64,000 nucleotides of DNA from assembly GCF_036588685.1 (NCBI RefSeq), contig NC_086386.1, forward strand, positions 48,608,001-48,672,000. The letters run 5' to 3'. Of the stretch, positions 40,141-52,232 are shown piece by piece. Within the stretch, counting starts at the first letter, position 1. The number at the start of each line of letters is the position of its first letter. This DNA comes from Mytilus trossulus. Its lineage: Eukaryota. The notes under the pieces are model-generated. The model searched no databases, had not been told where the DNA came from, and saw nothing but the letters and a program-made list of their open reading frames with translations. A program made the translations under genes and the position numbers.

Positions 40141-40337
40141 CACAGGCTTGTCTCAGAAAAAAAAAATCCTATATACCTTGTTTTATCATATGTTTAGTAG
40201 TAAATACAGTAGTTTTGCATATGTGATAAATAGCCTGCTGTTTAATCCATATCGCGCAACTTTGATGCGCACCCTTTATCACACCCCTACCCTTTATCGC
40301 ATACCCTTTATCGCACCCCTACCCTTTATCACACCCC

Positions 40338-40378
<41 letters not shown>

Positions 40379-41755
40379 TAAAGTCAGTTTAATTGCTCAA
40401 GAAAAGTTGTCCTAAAATAGGTCATTTTTTTTAATGACGTCATTGTTTTGTATGTGACGTCACGAACGTCAAGTTTTCATATTTTTTGGCACACTTAATG
40501 CAACGATAAAAAATACAAAACACACAAATAAATACAATAATAAACAAAATATTTTTTTAAAACAGCAGCACGCAAATTGTAAGATAACTATGGTGCTTTG
40601 AATAATTGAACAGTTCTTTAAGGTCTTTGAAACAAGTAGAACTGAAGGTAACCCAGTGCTATGGATCAGAAAACAGTTCATATAATATTATACTCTTCTG
40701 TTGAAATATATGATATTATAAAGCGTATAATACATGGCAAAATCCGTATCACATGCCGTATCACCCTCGACCAATATCATCCCTCGGGCCTAAAGGCCCT
40801 TGGGCTGATATTGATGTCTCAGGATGATACGACATATGATACGGAATTCGACCAATATCATCCCTCGGGCCTAAAGGCCCTTGGGCTGATATTGATGTCT
40901 CGGGATGATACGACATATGATACGGATTTTGCCATGTATTATTCTCTATTTATCATATGTTTAGTAGTAAATACAGTAGTTTTGCATATGTGATAAATAG
41001 CCTGCTGTTTAATCCATATCGCGCAACTTTGATGCGCACCCTTTATCGCATACCCTTTATCACACCCCTACCCTTTATCGCATACCCTTTATCGCACCCC
41101 TACCCTTTATCACACCCCTACTTTTTTTTTTTTACATAAAGTCAGTTTAATTGCTCAAGAAAAGTTGTCCTAAAATAGGTCATTTTTTTAATGACGTCAT
41201 TGTTTTGTATGTGACGTCACGAACGTCAAGTTTTCATATTTTTTGGCACACTAAATGCAACGATAAAAAATACAAAACACACAAATAAATACAATAATAA
41301 ACAAAATATTTTTTTAAAACAGCAGCACGCAAATTGTAAGATAACTATGGTGCTTTGAATAATTGAACAGTTCTTTAAGGTCTTTGAAACAAGTAGAACT
41401 GAAGGTAACCCAGTGCTATGGATCAGAAAACAGTTCATATAATATTATACTCTTCTGTTGAAATATATGATAAAGCGTATAATACATGGCAAAATCCGTA
41501 TCACATGCCGTATCACCCTCGACCAATATCATCCCTTGGGCCTAAAGGCCCTTGGGCTGATATTGATGTCTCGGGATGATACGACATATGATACGGATTT
41601 TGCCATGTATTATTCTCTATATAATAAGGTATATAGGAATTTTTTTTTCTGAGACATGTCTCAGAAAAAAAAAACTTGTCTCAGAAAAAAAAATTCCTAT
41701 ATACCTTGTTATAATAAGGTATATAGATTATTTTTTTCTGATACAAGTGCCTGTG
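40141..41755. mobile_element. CACAGG-terminus MITE (same family as 8784-9133) with perfect 8-bp TSD
   Basis: ctatcatg|cacaggc ... gcctgtg|ctatcatg. Confidence 0.9.
40182..41620 (+). mobile_element. Head-to-tail dimer of a Helentron-like element (about 770 + 670 bp)
   Basis: Both units start ttatcatatgtttagtag, carry (ccctttatc.cacccctac)n repeats and end in a long hairpin ataatacatggcaaaatccgtatc...gatacggattttgccatgtattat; inserted at a TT site. Confidence 0.7.
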
Positions 41756-42446
41756 CTATCATGTCTGTAAACTGATCCAACTATTATCCGGAATATCTTT
41801 AAAAGTCGGGTTACCTATTTCACAAAAATTCGAAATTTCCTTATTGTTTTCTAAATTTTTGCATTAGAAATTAATCAGTCGCCCACTTGCATTATTGAAA
41901 GTAAATAAAATGAAATTTTCGGGATCACATACGTTTTTTTGGTATATCTGCAGATGCGGATACGTCAAAGTATGTGATACAGTTGATACGTCTTTAAATG
42001 ACCGACCTCTATTAGTATAGGAGTCTTTTAGGTAGTTTAGGTGATGAAAAACTTAATATTTTCACCCATTGCCAACATTTTGGTTTTTATGCGGAAGGTC
42101 TGTGGTAAGCTTCAGACTCTGGCATCCTTCAACAATAAAACCTGATCACTGCCATATAGCCAACAGTACTGAAATTGGTTAAATATCTAGTCAATCAATC
42201 AAACCAAATATTGCATATGCAGCACCAGGGAACAGAGCTACAGTACATACAGTGCTGTTCTCCATAAGTTATTGTTTTCTAAAACAATGACATACTGTGT
42301 AACTTTGAAGGGAATCTCATGCTAAATGTTACATTTGGTGCTCTAGCTGAAAGGAAATAAAAACATTTAAGCAAGGATATGTTGTTTGATATCATTCTTA
42401 TGTGGTAAAATGACTCTTTGGATGGGGGATGTGATGCAATACTTCT

Positions 42447-43932
42447 TTTTGAAATAATAGATTTTTGTTTTACTGCCCTTCAGTTGTAGGTTCAATGGAG
42501 CACTGTTCTAGCTCTGTTTGGTTTCGGTAGCGTTGGAGCTTATAGTTTTGAAATAATAGATTTTTGTTTTACTGCCCTTCAGTTGTAGGTTCAATGGAGC
42601 ACTGTTCTAGCTCTGTTTGGACTTGGTAGCGTTGGAGCTTATAGTTTTGAAATAATAGATTTTTGTTTTACTGCCCTTCAGTTGTAGGTTCAATGGAGCA
42701 CTGTTCTAGCTCTGTTTGGTTTTGGTAGCGTTGGAGCTTATAGTTTTGAAATAATAGATTTTTGTTTTACTGCCCTTCAGTTGTAGGTTCAATGGAGCAC
42801 TGTTCTAGCTCTGTTTGGTTTTGGTAGCGTTGGAGCTTATAGTTTTGAAATAATAGATTTTTGTTTTACTGCCCTTCAGTTGTAGGTTCAATGGAGCACT
42901 GTTCTAGCTCTGTTTGGTTTTGGTAGCGTTGGAGCTTATAGTTTTGAAATAATAGATTTTTGTTTTACTTCCCTTCAGTTGTAGGTTCAATGGAGCACTG
43001 TGCTAGCTCTGTTTGGTATCGGAAGTATTGGAGCTTATAGTTTTGAAATAATAGATTTTTGTTTTACTGCCCTTCAGTTGTAGGTTCAATGGAGCACTGT
43101 GCTAGCTCTGTTTGGTATCAGTAGCGTTGGAGCTTATAGTTTTGAAATAATAGATTTTTGTTTTACTGCCCTTCAGTTGTAGGTTCAATGGAGCACTGTG
43201 CTAGCTCTGTTTGGTATCGGAAGTATTGGAGCTTATAGTTTTGAAATAATAGATTTTTGTTTTACTGCCCTTCAGTTGTAGGTTCAATGGAGCACTGTGC
43301 TAGCTCTGTTTGGTATCGGTAGCATTGGAGCTTATAGTTTTGAAATAATAGATTTTTGTTTTACTGCCCTTCAGTTGTAGGTTCAATGGAGCACTGTGCT
43401 AGCTCTGTTTGGTATCGGAAGTATTGGAGCTTATAGTTTTGAAATAATAGATTTTTGTTTTACTGCCCTTCAGTTGTAGGTTCAATGGAGCACTGTTCTA
43501 ACTCTGTTTGGTATCGGTAGCGTTGGAGCTTATAGTTTTGAAATAATAGATTATTGTTTTACTGCCCTTCAGTTGTAGGTTCAATGGAGCACTGTTCTAA
43601 CTCTGTTTGGTATCGGTAGCGTTGGAGCTTATAGATTTGAAATAATAGATTATTGTTTTACTGCCCTTCAGTTGTAGGTTCAATGGAGCACTGTTCTAAC
43701 TCTGTTTGGTATCGGTAGCGTTGGAGCTTATAGATTTGAAATAATAGATTATTGTTTTACTGCCCTTCAGTTGTAGGTTCAATGGAGCACGGTTCTAACT
43801 CTGTTTGGTATCGGTAGCGTTGGAGCTTATAGATTTGAAATAATAGATTATTGTTTTACTGCCCTTCAGTTGTAGGTTCAATGGAGCACTGTGCTAGCTC
43901 TGTTTGGTATCGGTAGCGTTGGAGCTTATAGT
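42447..43932 (+). repeat. 15 x 99-bp tandem array; each unit is acceptor + 37/43-nt exon + donor region
   Basis: Exact 99-bp period: exon starts run from 42484 to 43870 (14 x 99). Unit ...tttttgttttactgcccttcag|TTGTAGGTTCAATGGAGCACTGT(T/G)CTA(G/A)CTCTGTTTG|gtatcg|gtagcg. Confidence 0.95.
43870..43906 (+). CDS. Internal coding exon (last array copy): (V)VGSMEHCASSVW; alternative donor extends it to 43912 (+YR)
   Basis: Phase 1 in and phase 2 out; links MSEKIQFQTKEYA to DAYQTRQ... without a stop. Confidence 0.5.
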
Positions 43933-44119
43933 CAAGGGTCCAATGTTTGATATCTTTATACACTTGCAGCATATAAAGAGCAACAAGAATTATTTAATTG
44001 AGCATATTGATTTATTAATGTGTTTTCTAAGCCTAGATCTTTTAATTATAAATTTCAACTGTGCAGTTGTGTGTATTTTAAATTGGTTTGAATATATAAC
44101 TGTTTGATATTTATTATAG

Positions 44120-44223
44120 GGACGCCTACCAAACCAGACAAACAAAACCTTTCAAACTGCTGGCTCAAAATGATCCAATTACAACCATAGGGAAACAGAA
44201 ATGTACATTTGACCCTAAATATG
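44120..44223 (+). CDS. Coding exon DAYQTRQTKPFKLLAQNDPITTIGKQKCTFDPKY
   Basis: ttattatag acceptor, ATG|gtaaga donor; the only frame open across the whole exon is the one produced by the upstream exons. Confidence 0.6.
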
Positions 44224-45949
44224 GTAAGATTAGAAGTATGTCTGTCTGAATGTAATATTAATTAAGCTATCTGTAAAAGTCTTATAAAATCCTTGCAATT
44301 TTGAATAGTTTTGAGAACTTTAACTTGTCAATGATTTAGCTATGAAAAACCAAGAGAGATAAAAAAAAGTAAAATCACAAAAATACTGAACTCAGAGGAA
44401 AATCAATTTGGAAAGTCCATAATCACATGGCAAAGTCAAAAAACAAAACGCATCAAAAACGAATAACTTTCCCACCAAAACTTCAATGACTAATATCTGG
44501 AAAACAAGCACATGGGCCTATATATTTTTTTCGCTCTTTTGGTATATAGTAATAATAATGTTACGAAAAGCTTGTTATTTTGAAACTGAGTAGCAAACTT
44601 CCTTAGGTCAAATTAGAGGTCATATGAATTGCTCCAGGAACTTCTTTACCAAGATTTATCAAATAAAACTGAACAGAATTTTACACAAAATATTACCTGC
44701 AAACAACCATATCAAGTCTAAAAACCTGAGAGTGAGTTTTTTATCATTTTAAACAATTAATGATCTGTATGTTTCCTCTTAAATTCACATTATTTACATA
44801 CCATAAATTTTCCATTTAAACAACACAAGATCAAGTTCCTATTGTCTCTTTTCATTGAAACACTATACTATTGGAAAAGGTTAAAGAAAGTCACTGTTTA
44901 ATGCTTTGGTTACATTTAGTTTTTGAAACAAAAAGGAGAATGATTTTGTTGCAAGTAAAAGCAGATAGGTAGCTTTATTTGAAATTTGATAGAAGACAGT
45001 TATTTCCTAATTACAGCTGAGACATTAAATTGTTGTTTTGTTCTAATAAAGCAGTTTCAGCCAGTTTTTTTTCTGCCATTTCTTAAAATCACACAAATAC
45101 GGCAAAATTTGCATCATAAATAAAAAAAAATGACGACAAATTATAAGTGATTATTGCATGACGTCAGAAGGTTAGTCAGATCTAGATCTAGAGTCATTCA
45201 GAGCAATTTCAGCTAAATACCAAAAATATTGTTGTTCTATTCAATTCATTCAGTTTTAACCTTATAGTATGATGCAGACAAACTAAATTACCCAATACTT
45301 GTTAATATGTGTTAATAGACCAATTTACACTTGTATGCACATTTTTTCTGTCATTACTGAAAGTCACACAAGTACCACAAAATTGAATCACAAAGAAAAA
45401 TATTTGACATCAAATTATAAATGATTATTGCATGACCTCTGAAGGTTATATGAAGATAATTCTTGGGTCATTCAGAGAAAATTAAGTTTTATACTGAAGA
45501 GTGTTAAATATATCTTTAAAGCATATAGTAAAAGCAAGAAATGTCAAACATATTTGATAAAAGCAGAAGGTTTTGAAAAAATATTTGTGAAAGAGACTAT
45601 CTTTTGAGACTTTCAATACCAGTGTACTCTACTTAATGTGCATTCTAAATAGTTATTTTATCATGTTAATATAAATTTAAAAGGAAACTGCTATTTTTTA
45701 ATTTTATCATTGTTCAAGCATTTGAAAACTGAACCTTTAAATAGATAAAAAAAACTCATCAAATTATTTCTAAATTGCCAAGAGTATATAACACGTTAAA
45801 AATAAAAAAGGGAAAATAAATAATTCCCATTTTGGCCCGGTTTTGATATTAACTTTTTACATGAAGAATATGTACATAAATTTGTACAATAAGGACATTA
45901 AATACAAAAATAATCATAAATTCGTTAGATTCTTCTCGTTTTATTTGGA

Positions 45950-46895
45950 AGAGAGTTTTGATACTCAAAGATAGTTACTTCAATTTGTATAAAACAGATT
46001 TTTTTCCACCTTAAATCGTATGTTTACTTCTATAACAGTCTAATCTAAAGAGTATTGACACTCTTTGTTGTATGGTGTTCTTTTATTTCTTGACTTCAAG
46101 AGCACGGCCTAGTACTATAAGTACCATGTATAATACCACAAAGTACTACTACTCTAGTTATAGCTCTTTTTACTAAAGAGTATCAATACTGCTCACATTT
46201 TTCAAAAATAGCAATACTCGAAAAAGCGTTACCTACCTCCAACGTTAGAAAACTCCTGTGATTATTTTTCTAGAACCATTTTTTAGCATCTAGACTAGAG
46301 TTGGTTTTTTTTGACAGAGTATCGATACTCTTTGTAACTGTTTTCTAATTTAAGAGATTCGAAATTCTTCAAAACAGGTTTCTACAATGAGCATAATTAG
46401 AGTATTGATACTTTTGGAAATAGATTTCTAACTTGAGAGAATCAATATGCTTTTAAAAGATTTTCTACCTTGAGAGTATCGATACTCTTTAAAACAGTTA
46501 TCCACCTCGAGAGTATCGATACTCTTTGAAATAGGTTTTATACCATGAATATATTGAGAGTATCGTTTTATACCATGAATATATTGAGAGTATCGATACT
46601 CTTTGAAATAGGTTTTATACCATAAGTATATTGAGAGTATCGATACTCTTTGAAAAATGGTATTTACCTCGAGAGTATCGATACTCTTTTAAACAGCTTT
46701 CTACTTTGGATATCCATACACTTTTAAAAGGTTTCTACCATGAGCATATTCAGAGTATCGATACTCTTTTAACACATAGTATGATTAGAGTATCGATACT
46801 CTTTTAACACGTGTTCCTACTTTGAGTATGATGAGAGTATCGATACTCTTTTTAAACATGTTTCTACCTTGGGTATTATGAGAGTATCGATATTA
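45950..46895. repeat. Array of palindromic (A)GAGTATCGATACTC(T) motifs
   Basis: Nine exact GAGTATCGATACTC copies between 46317 and 46850, plus several degenerate ones. Confidence 0.9.
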
Positions 46896-48109
46896 TTTTA
46901 TCTATTTTACGTTTTAAAAAAAAACATGGAAAGATTTTGAAAAAAATAAGGACTAATATAAGACTATCCGAGATATTTATTGCTGCCTTCGGTCCATAGA
47001 TACGAATGGAGTACACTAAAAAGTCGCAAAAGCTGAACTTTGAACATTAAATCTTTTAAAGCATGACAACGTATAGCATCATGATGGATTGAGTAAAGTT
47101 CCCGAGAAAAAATGTAACGGCGTAAGACGGACAGCAACACATTCAAATGTATTGCTTCTTTCTATGTGGTAAAAACAAGAATATAAATGACATAATTTTT
47201 ATATACTAAGTAACATGAACCCCATCAAAAACAGGAGGTATCTCAGGTGCTCCGGAAGGATAAGCAGATTTATTAAGAGATATTATGTGGCACCTGTCGT
47301 GTTGCTCCGGTTAAAAGGGTCTCAATGACTATCAAAACAATAGAATATATATTATTATGTAAACATTGACTGGAGAGAGTTCTATTTCGATTCTTTGAAC
47401 ATCCTTCAAAAAGAGTCGAGCATTGATGCGTGTAAAAGTACTACCTTATTAATTGAGAATAATACAACTTTAGACAAGATCGCTATTTTAGTGTCTTGGA
47501 TTTTCAACTTTTTTAATAGAGTCCCCGTTTAGTGATCATCATCTCCAATAAGGAATAATTTAATTTTGGGTGTAAAGCGTCATCTGATTGGCTGACGTTA
47601 TTTTGTTATGAACTCATAAACATAATTTAGTCATGTGCCCGTGACGTCATCAACGTTTTTTTTCATGGTTTTCTACGGTTTAAAATGGAAATTATAAGAA
47701 ATAACGCGCGTTATTCAGTATGCACCACATTTTTTATGTCTCAAATATATTATAACTAGATCAACTATGCCACACGCTCCAATATTTAACCTTTATTCTG
47801 TATGATTCCACTTTTTATGCATGCTAAATATTAGGAAAAAAACAAATAAATTCATTGTTGTATATAAGTACATATTTTATTGCTTGATCATTATGAACGC
47901 TATTTTGAAATAAAGATTAAATATTATATCTTGTATTTTGTGCATGTGTAAACATTACAATGTATAAACTTTTAATCATGTTTGCTTTGATATTAATAAG
48001 TTAATCTGATAGAATTAGTGTGTATAATTTAACGGAGACCTATCAAATAACATGATAAAAACAAAAACAAACCTAACGAAGAGAAGAGAAATAAAATATT
48101 ATACATCAT

Positions 48110-51100
48110 TATACAATATTGTATCTGTTTGACAACTGCACGTTAGAAATAATTGCCGATAGTAATCTTCGATCTCTGCCGTCAATCCAAGTACGATTGA
48201 TGCCAGATTTTGATTTTCTACTTTTAAGATGTGTTTTCAACAATATTTTCTGCAATGTTTTATGAATAATCAAAGTTTCACAACACATATGTTCGAAGAT
48301 GGATAATAAAGTTCCTCAAGACTGATTTCCATATCTGGATTAAAAGGTCCACCAATACTGATTCCTTTAGATCGTGTGTACGTGCCCTCACCCTCAATTA
48401 TTGACAATAATCTGAAAAAATAAATGTTATTTTTTGGACAAAATGTTATCAAAATATTTGCAGATGTTGCGTCCTGCAATGACTTGCATTGTATAATACT
48501 GTCTGAGAAACTGAAAACTGCTTCACAGTAAAACTGTCTTAAATTGAATCTTTATCTGTATATATCAATTTGAATAAAAAAATAATAGAACGGTGCATAA
48601 TTACAATGCCTTTAGGAACATGAAATTTAAACCCGATCATATACCCGATATACATGCAACTTTTTTACCATCACAACCACTCTTTCAGAGGTCTGTTGAA
48701 AGGTAAACTTTCTGGTCTATCTACTATAGTTTTCTAGAGTTGCTTTAAATTTTCCGAACTATACATGTCGTGCTTACTCATATAGCATATACCTATTGTA
48801 TATTTTTTAAAGATTTTCTCGCCCTCAGTATGCACGTTATAATTGCCACTGGACATTAAGAATGCCTCACTATACATACAGATTTACGTGTTATTCTGAT
48901 GGAAACTGTGTCAATTACAATCCACAAATAAACTTAGTGTATGTCAACATCTGTTACAAATTAATATTTACCTTTGAAGCCTCCCACAATAACTGTATCA
49001 AGATGTTCAACGTCAGATTGGAATCATGTTTATACTGATAAATAACAGTGAAAACAAATTTTTGATGTGTGCCATGGTTAATGGCACCAGTTACGTGTGT
49101 TTTCATTGGAATGGTTGAAGCAAGGTCCTGCAAAATAAAAACATGTTTACATGCTTTTCTATCTGACCTAAGACAATTCAAATTCAGCTCAAATATAAAA
49201 ATACAATACATGATTGTTTTCCTTCAATCATTTTTTTACCATGACGAGTTTAAAAAAAATATCTTTGTTGAAAAATCATCATAAAATAACATACAATTTT
49301 GTCTTATTTTGATATCCTGTCCTTTAATGTCGTGATTTTATAATATATACTACAATAACTATGAGTATATAAGGCAGCAACCATTTGATTTTCTGGGGGG
49401 GCTATGGTTTTTTTTTGGAAAAAAAAGTTTGTTTCGAGTTTTTGGAGAAAAAAATAATTTGTTTTATAGACATATATTGCTAGAAATGTTTGTACTTTCG
49501 TCTTTTGGAAAAATTGTACGGAGACAAGCTACACAATTAAAGACTTATTCTCGGAAGACCTTTTGCATATAAAAGCTTATTGCATCGTAAAAAAGAACAC
49601 ATGATTAAAATTATAAGAATTTTGTCAAAAACATGGACAGTTGAGAATAAAGATATATACAACATGTATAAGTACATGATTATTCATAAATTTTGTTCGT
49701 GTCATTTATTTCTCAAAAACATACGTGTACTTATAATGACTGCATGGGCTGCTTTTTAGAATAGAATTATGAAAATGAATTAATCTCAATCAAAATGTAT
49801 CATAAACAAAACTTACTGATCTGATTTTAACATGACTATAAAACTTCCTCCAAATGGCGTAAAAAGATGTTGTAGACATAAAATTATTGAAATCCATTAT
49901 CTGTTCGTTTCTATATGCTATATAGATTTCTTTCTTCCACATTCCAAAAGGCAACCAGACTTCTTGTTGATGAGGTGGCCTTTCTCCACGTTGAGCAATG
50001 TATTCTCCTAACCAATGGATAGCTGCTTGCTTTTGTTCACTGAAAGACTGGCCCGCTTTCGAGTTTCTTGTTAGGCTACTATTCTGCCATTTTGTCCTGT
50101 ATCTGTAAAAGCTACTCTATGTTATACCATGTCCTTGTAACCATGCTTGTTGACAAACCACATTTATACGAAAAGTAAACCTTTGATTACATGTACTTTC
50201 AGATGATGGTTGAAAGTCTTCAAATTTTCCAGAAAAACACTGTTCCCTTTCTTCCGTGTCTAGAGTTCAATATAATGTTCTCAATTTCTTTATAACTTTT
50301 CTTTCATAGAATTTTTTTAGAAGTACATTTTCTTTCGCATCCACACTCTTTCGTAGCTTTCTTTAATGCCAAAGAACCTACTTTTTTCATTATCATAGTC
50401 GTTGTGTTGGTTTTATCTGAAATGGTAAAATGAACCTTTGTTTATAATTTTGTTTTTAAAGAACTCATACTAGAAACCATTATTATTTTGAAAATTGATT
50501 TGACTTTTGTATAACATTAGTTGCGAATGAAATACTTTTAGTGATCTATAACCGGCAATAATAAATTGAAATATTACACATGTTTGTTCTTTTTTTATAT
50601 GATGCTTACATGTGTTTGAAGAATATACAGCCGTTAAATATAAAAAGGAAGAGGTGGTATGATTGTCAATGAGACAACTCTCCACAAGAGACCAAATGAC
50701 ACAGAAATTAACAACTGTAGGACTATACCGTTCGACCTTCAACTGTGAGCAAAGCCCATGTTATTCGTTAACAAAAACATTTAAGGGATTGACAGCAAGG
50801 GGAAAATGTAGAAATGGTTCATAAAAAAATTGTACTCCATAAACAATTTAAAGATAAAAAGAATTGTTTTTATTAACTAAAACATTCAAAATAAACTATT
50901 TTTTCTTTTACATTAATATATATATTGAGTTACTTAATTATTGTCTTCATTTGTTTTTGTTGTTGTTATGCTGTAAAGTTTATATGACAGTAAAACTTTC
51001 AATTTGAATTTGAATTTGAAAATTAATTTTAGATTTATGTCAATTATTTATAAAATACAAGAAGTAATAACGACGTATCAAATAGTTTGTTATTGAAACT

Positions 51101-51801
51101 GATAGATATACCGGATTGATTCTTTTATAACTTGAATCTAGTTAATCAGTTGTTAAACCAGAAAAAAAAGTTACTTCTCGTACTATTTAACGATTGAACA
51201 AGATAATAAAACAAACTGTATTTGTAATATAATCGTATAACACCAAGAAATTGGTTTTAATCAATAATGCAACGAACCTCTACGTCCCTTTGAAACTGGT
51301 TTACTATTCTTGAAATTAGGATGTTCATATTCCAAATAATCAAAAGGTTCCGACTGTGTGGAAGATCCACTTGTTGGCAGTGTTGAGCTAATGATGGACA
51401 AAGTATCTGTACTATTATAATCCGAATTCCGTTCAAAAAGATCTTCTTCGCACAAAACAGGTGCTCTTACGGGTGGCGGTGGTTCATCATCAATAAAATC
51501 ATAAACTGCTGGAAACCTTGTGGATGTGCCTTCTCTCCACATTATCTTGTATAAGTGATAATTCTTCAGTACTGTTTTCGCAAATACTTGATGTTTCTAA
51601 GTCACTCTCCTGAAAATTTCTTCTATGAAATGAACCCACACTGTTTGCCATAGTTTGTTCACTAGATTGCACAAAGACCGATCTTTCTTCAATCGAACAC
51701 TCGTGTTCAGTAACATCCAAGGTTTCACTATTTTTAGAATTATACGACACTTCAAAACTTGAAGTTTCTGTTATGCTTGAATCGTTTACAGTATTTTCCA
51801 T
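48110..51801 (-). pseudogene. Intron-containing transposase-like pseudogene (Sola/DUF7869-like)
   Basis: Exon 51801-51278 (acidic N-terminus, frameshift near 51540). Exon 50416-49817 (CGCERKC...VCQQAWLQGHGI...WLGEYIAQRGERPPHQQEVWLP...IYIAY...MSTTSFYAIWRKFYSHVKIR; +1 A in the run at 50312-50318, stops at 50267-50269 and 50117-50119). Exon 49127-48972 (KTHVTGAINHG...QYKHDSNLTLNIL). Possible last exon from 48411. GT-AG junctions are in phase. Confidence 0.7.
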
Positions 51802-52194
51802 GGTAATCTTAATTTTTTAATTTTAGTTTGAGTAATAAAGAACCACCATTTTGAAAGTATACCTCATTGAGGAAACACAGTACCTTAGTCACATGACCCT
51901 TGTATCATCCATGCTCGTGTTACATTAGAAGTCACATTTTACTTCACAAAACTGCTTCATAAACTTGTCATAAGACATTCATCAATTTTACGTATAAAGA
52001 AAAGATTATGATAAGCAGCAGATTGCCTTTTATCTGATAAAATCACCAACAAACACAGTTGTTTGCACAAGAAGATTATTCAATGGAACATAATACTATT
52101 TGCATTCAAAACACTTAATTATATGCATGTATTAACGTCTATGTATTATTCACATGATCTCAAATATTATGCAGAACCAAAAATTCTTGATTCT

Positions 52195-52232
<38 letters not shown>

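Larger units (their letters stand above)
39572..42009. mobile_element. TIR DNA transposon (about 95-bp imperfect TIRs, GAGGTCGG...CCGACCTC) hosting nested insertions
   Basis: Left gaggtcggtcatttacacacgtatcaacc...atgtgatcccga is mirrored at 41918-42009; flanked by tatta on both sides (39567-39571 and 42010-42014). Confidence 0.85.

Noticed and set aside
42447-43932. CRISPR array or one long repetitive ORF
   Set aside because: Whole units repeat with no unique spacers, and the plus-strand frames are interrupted by stops within the units.
37409-44223. Assigning the plus-strand gene to CFAP96/C4orf47 or TEX26
   Set aside because: Only scattered short-motif resemblance; not enough for a gene symbol.
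46300-46895. CRISPR-like repeat-spacer pattern
   Set aside because: Eukaryotic context, 14-16-bp repeats, spacers related to each other and irregular in length, no cas genes.
49480-49680. Inverted missing transposase exon (AYKSLLHRKKEHMIK on the plus strand)
   Set aside because: No clear CxxC motif, contains stops; chance similarity cannot be excluded.
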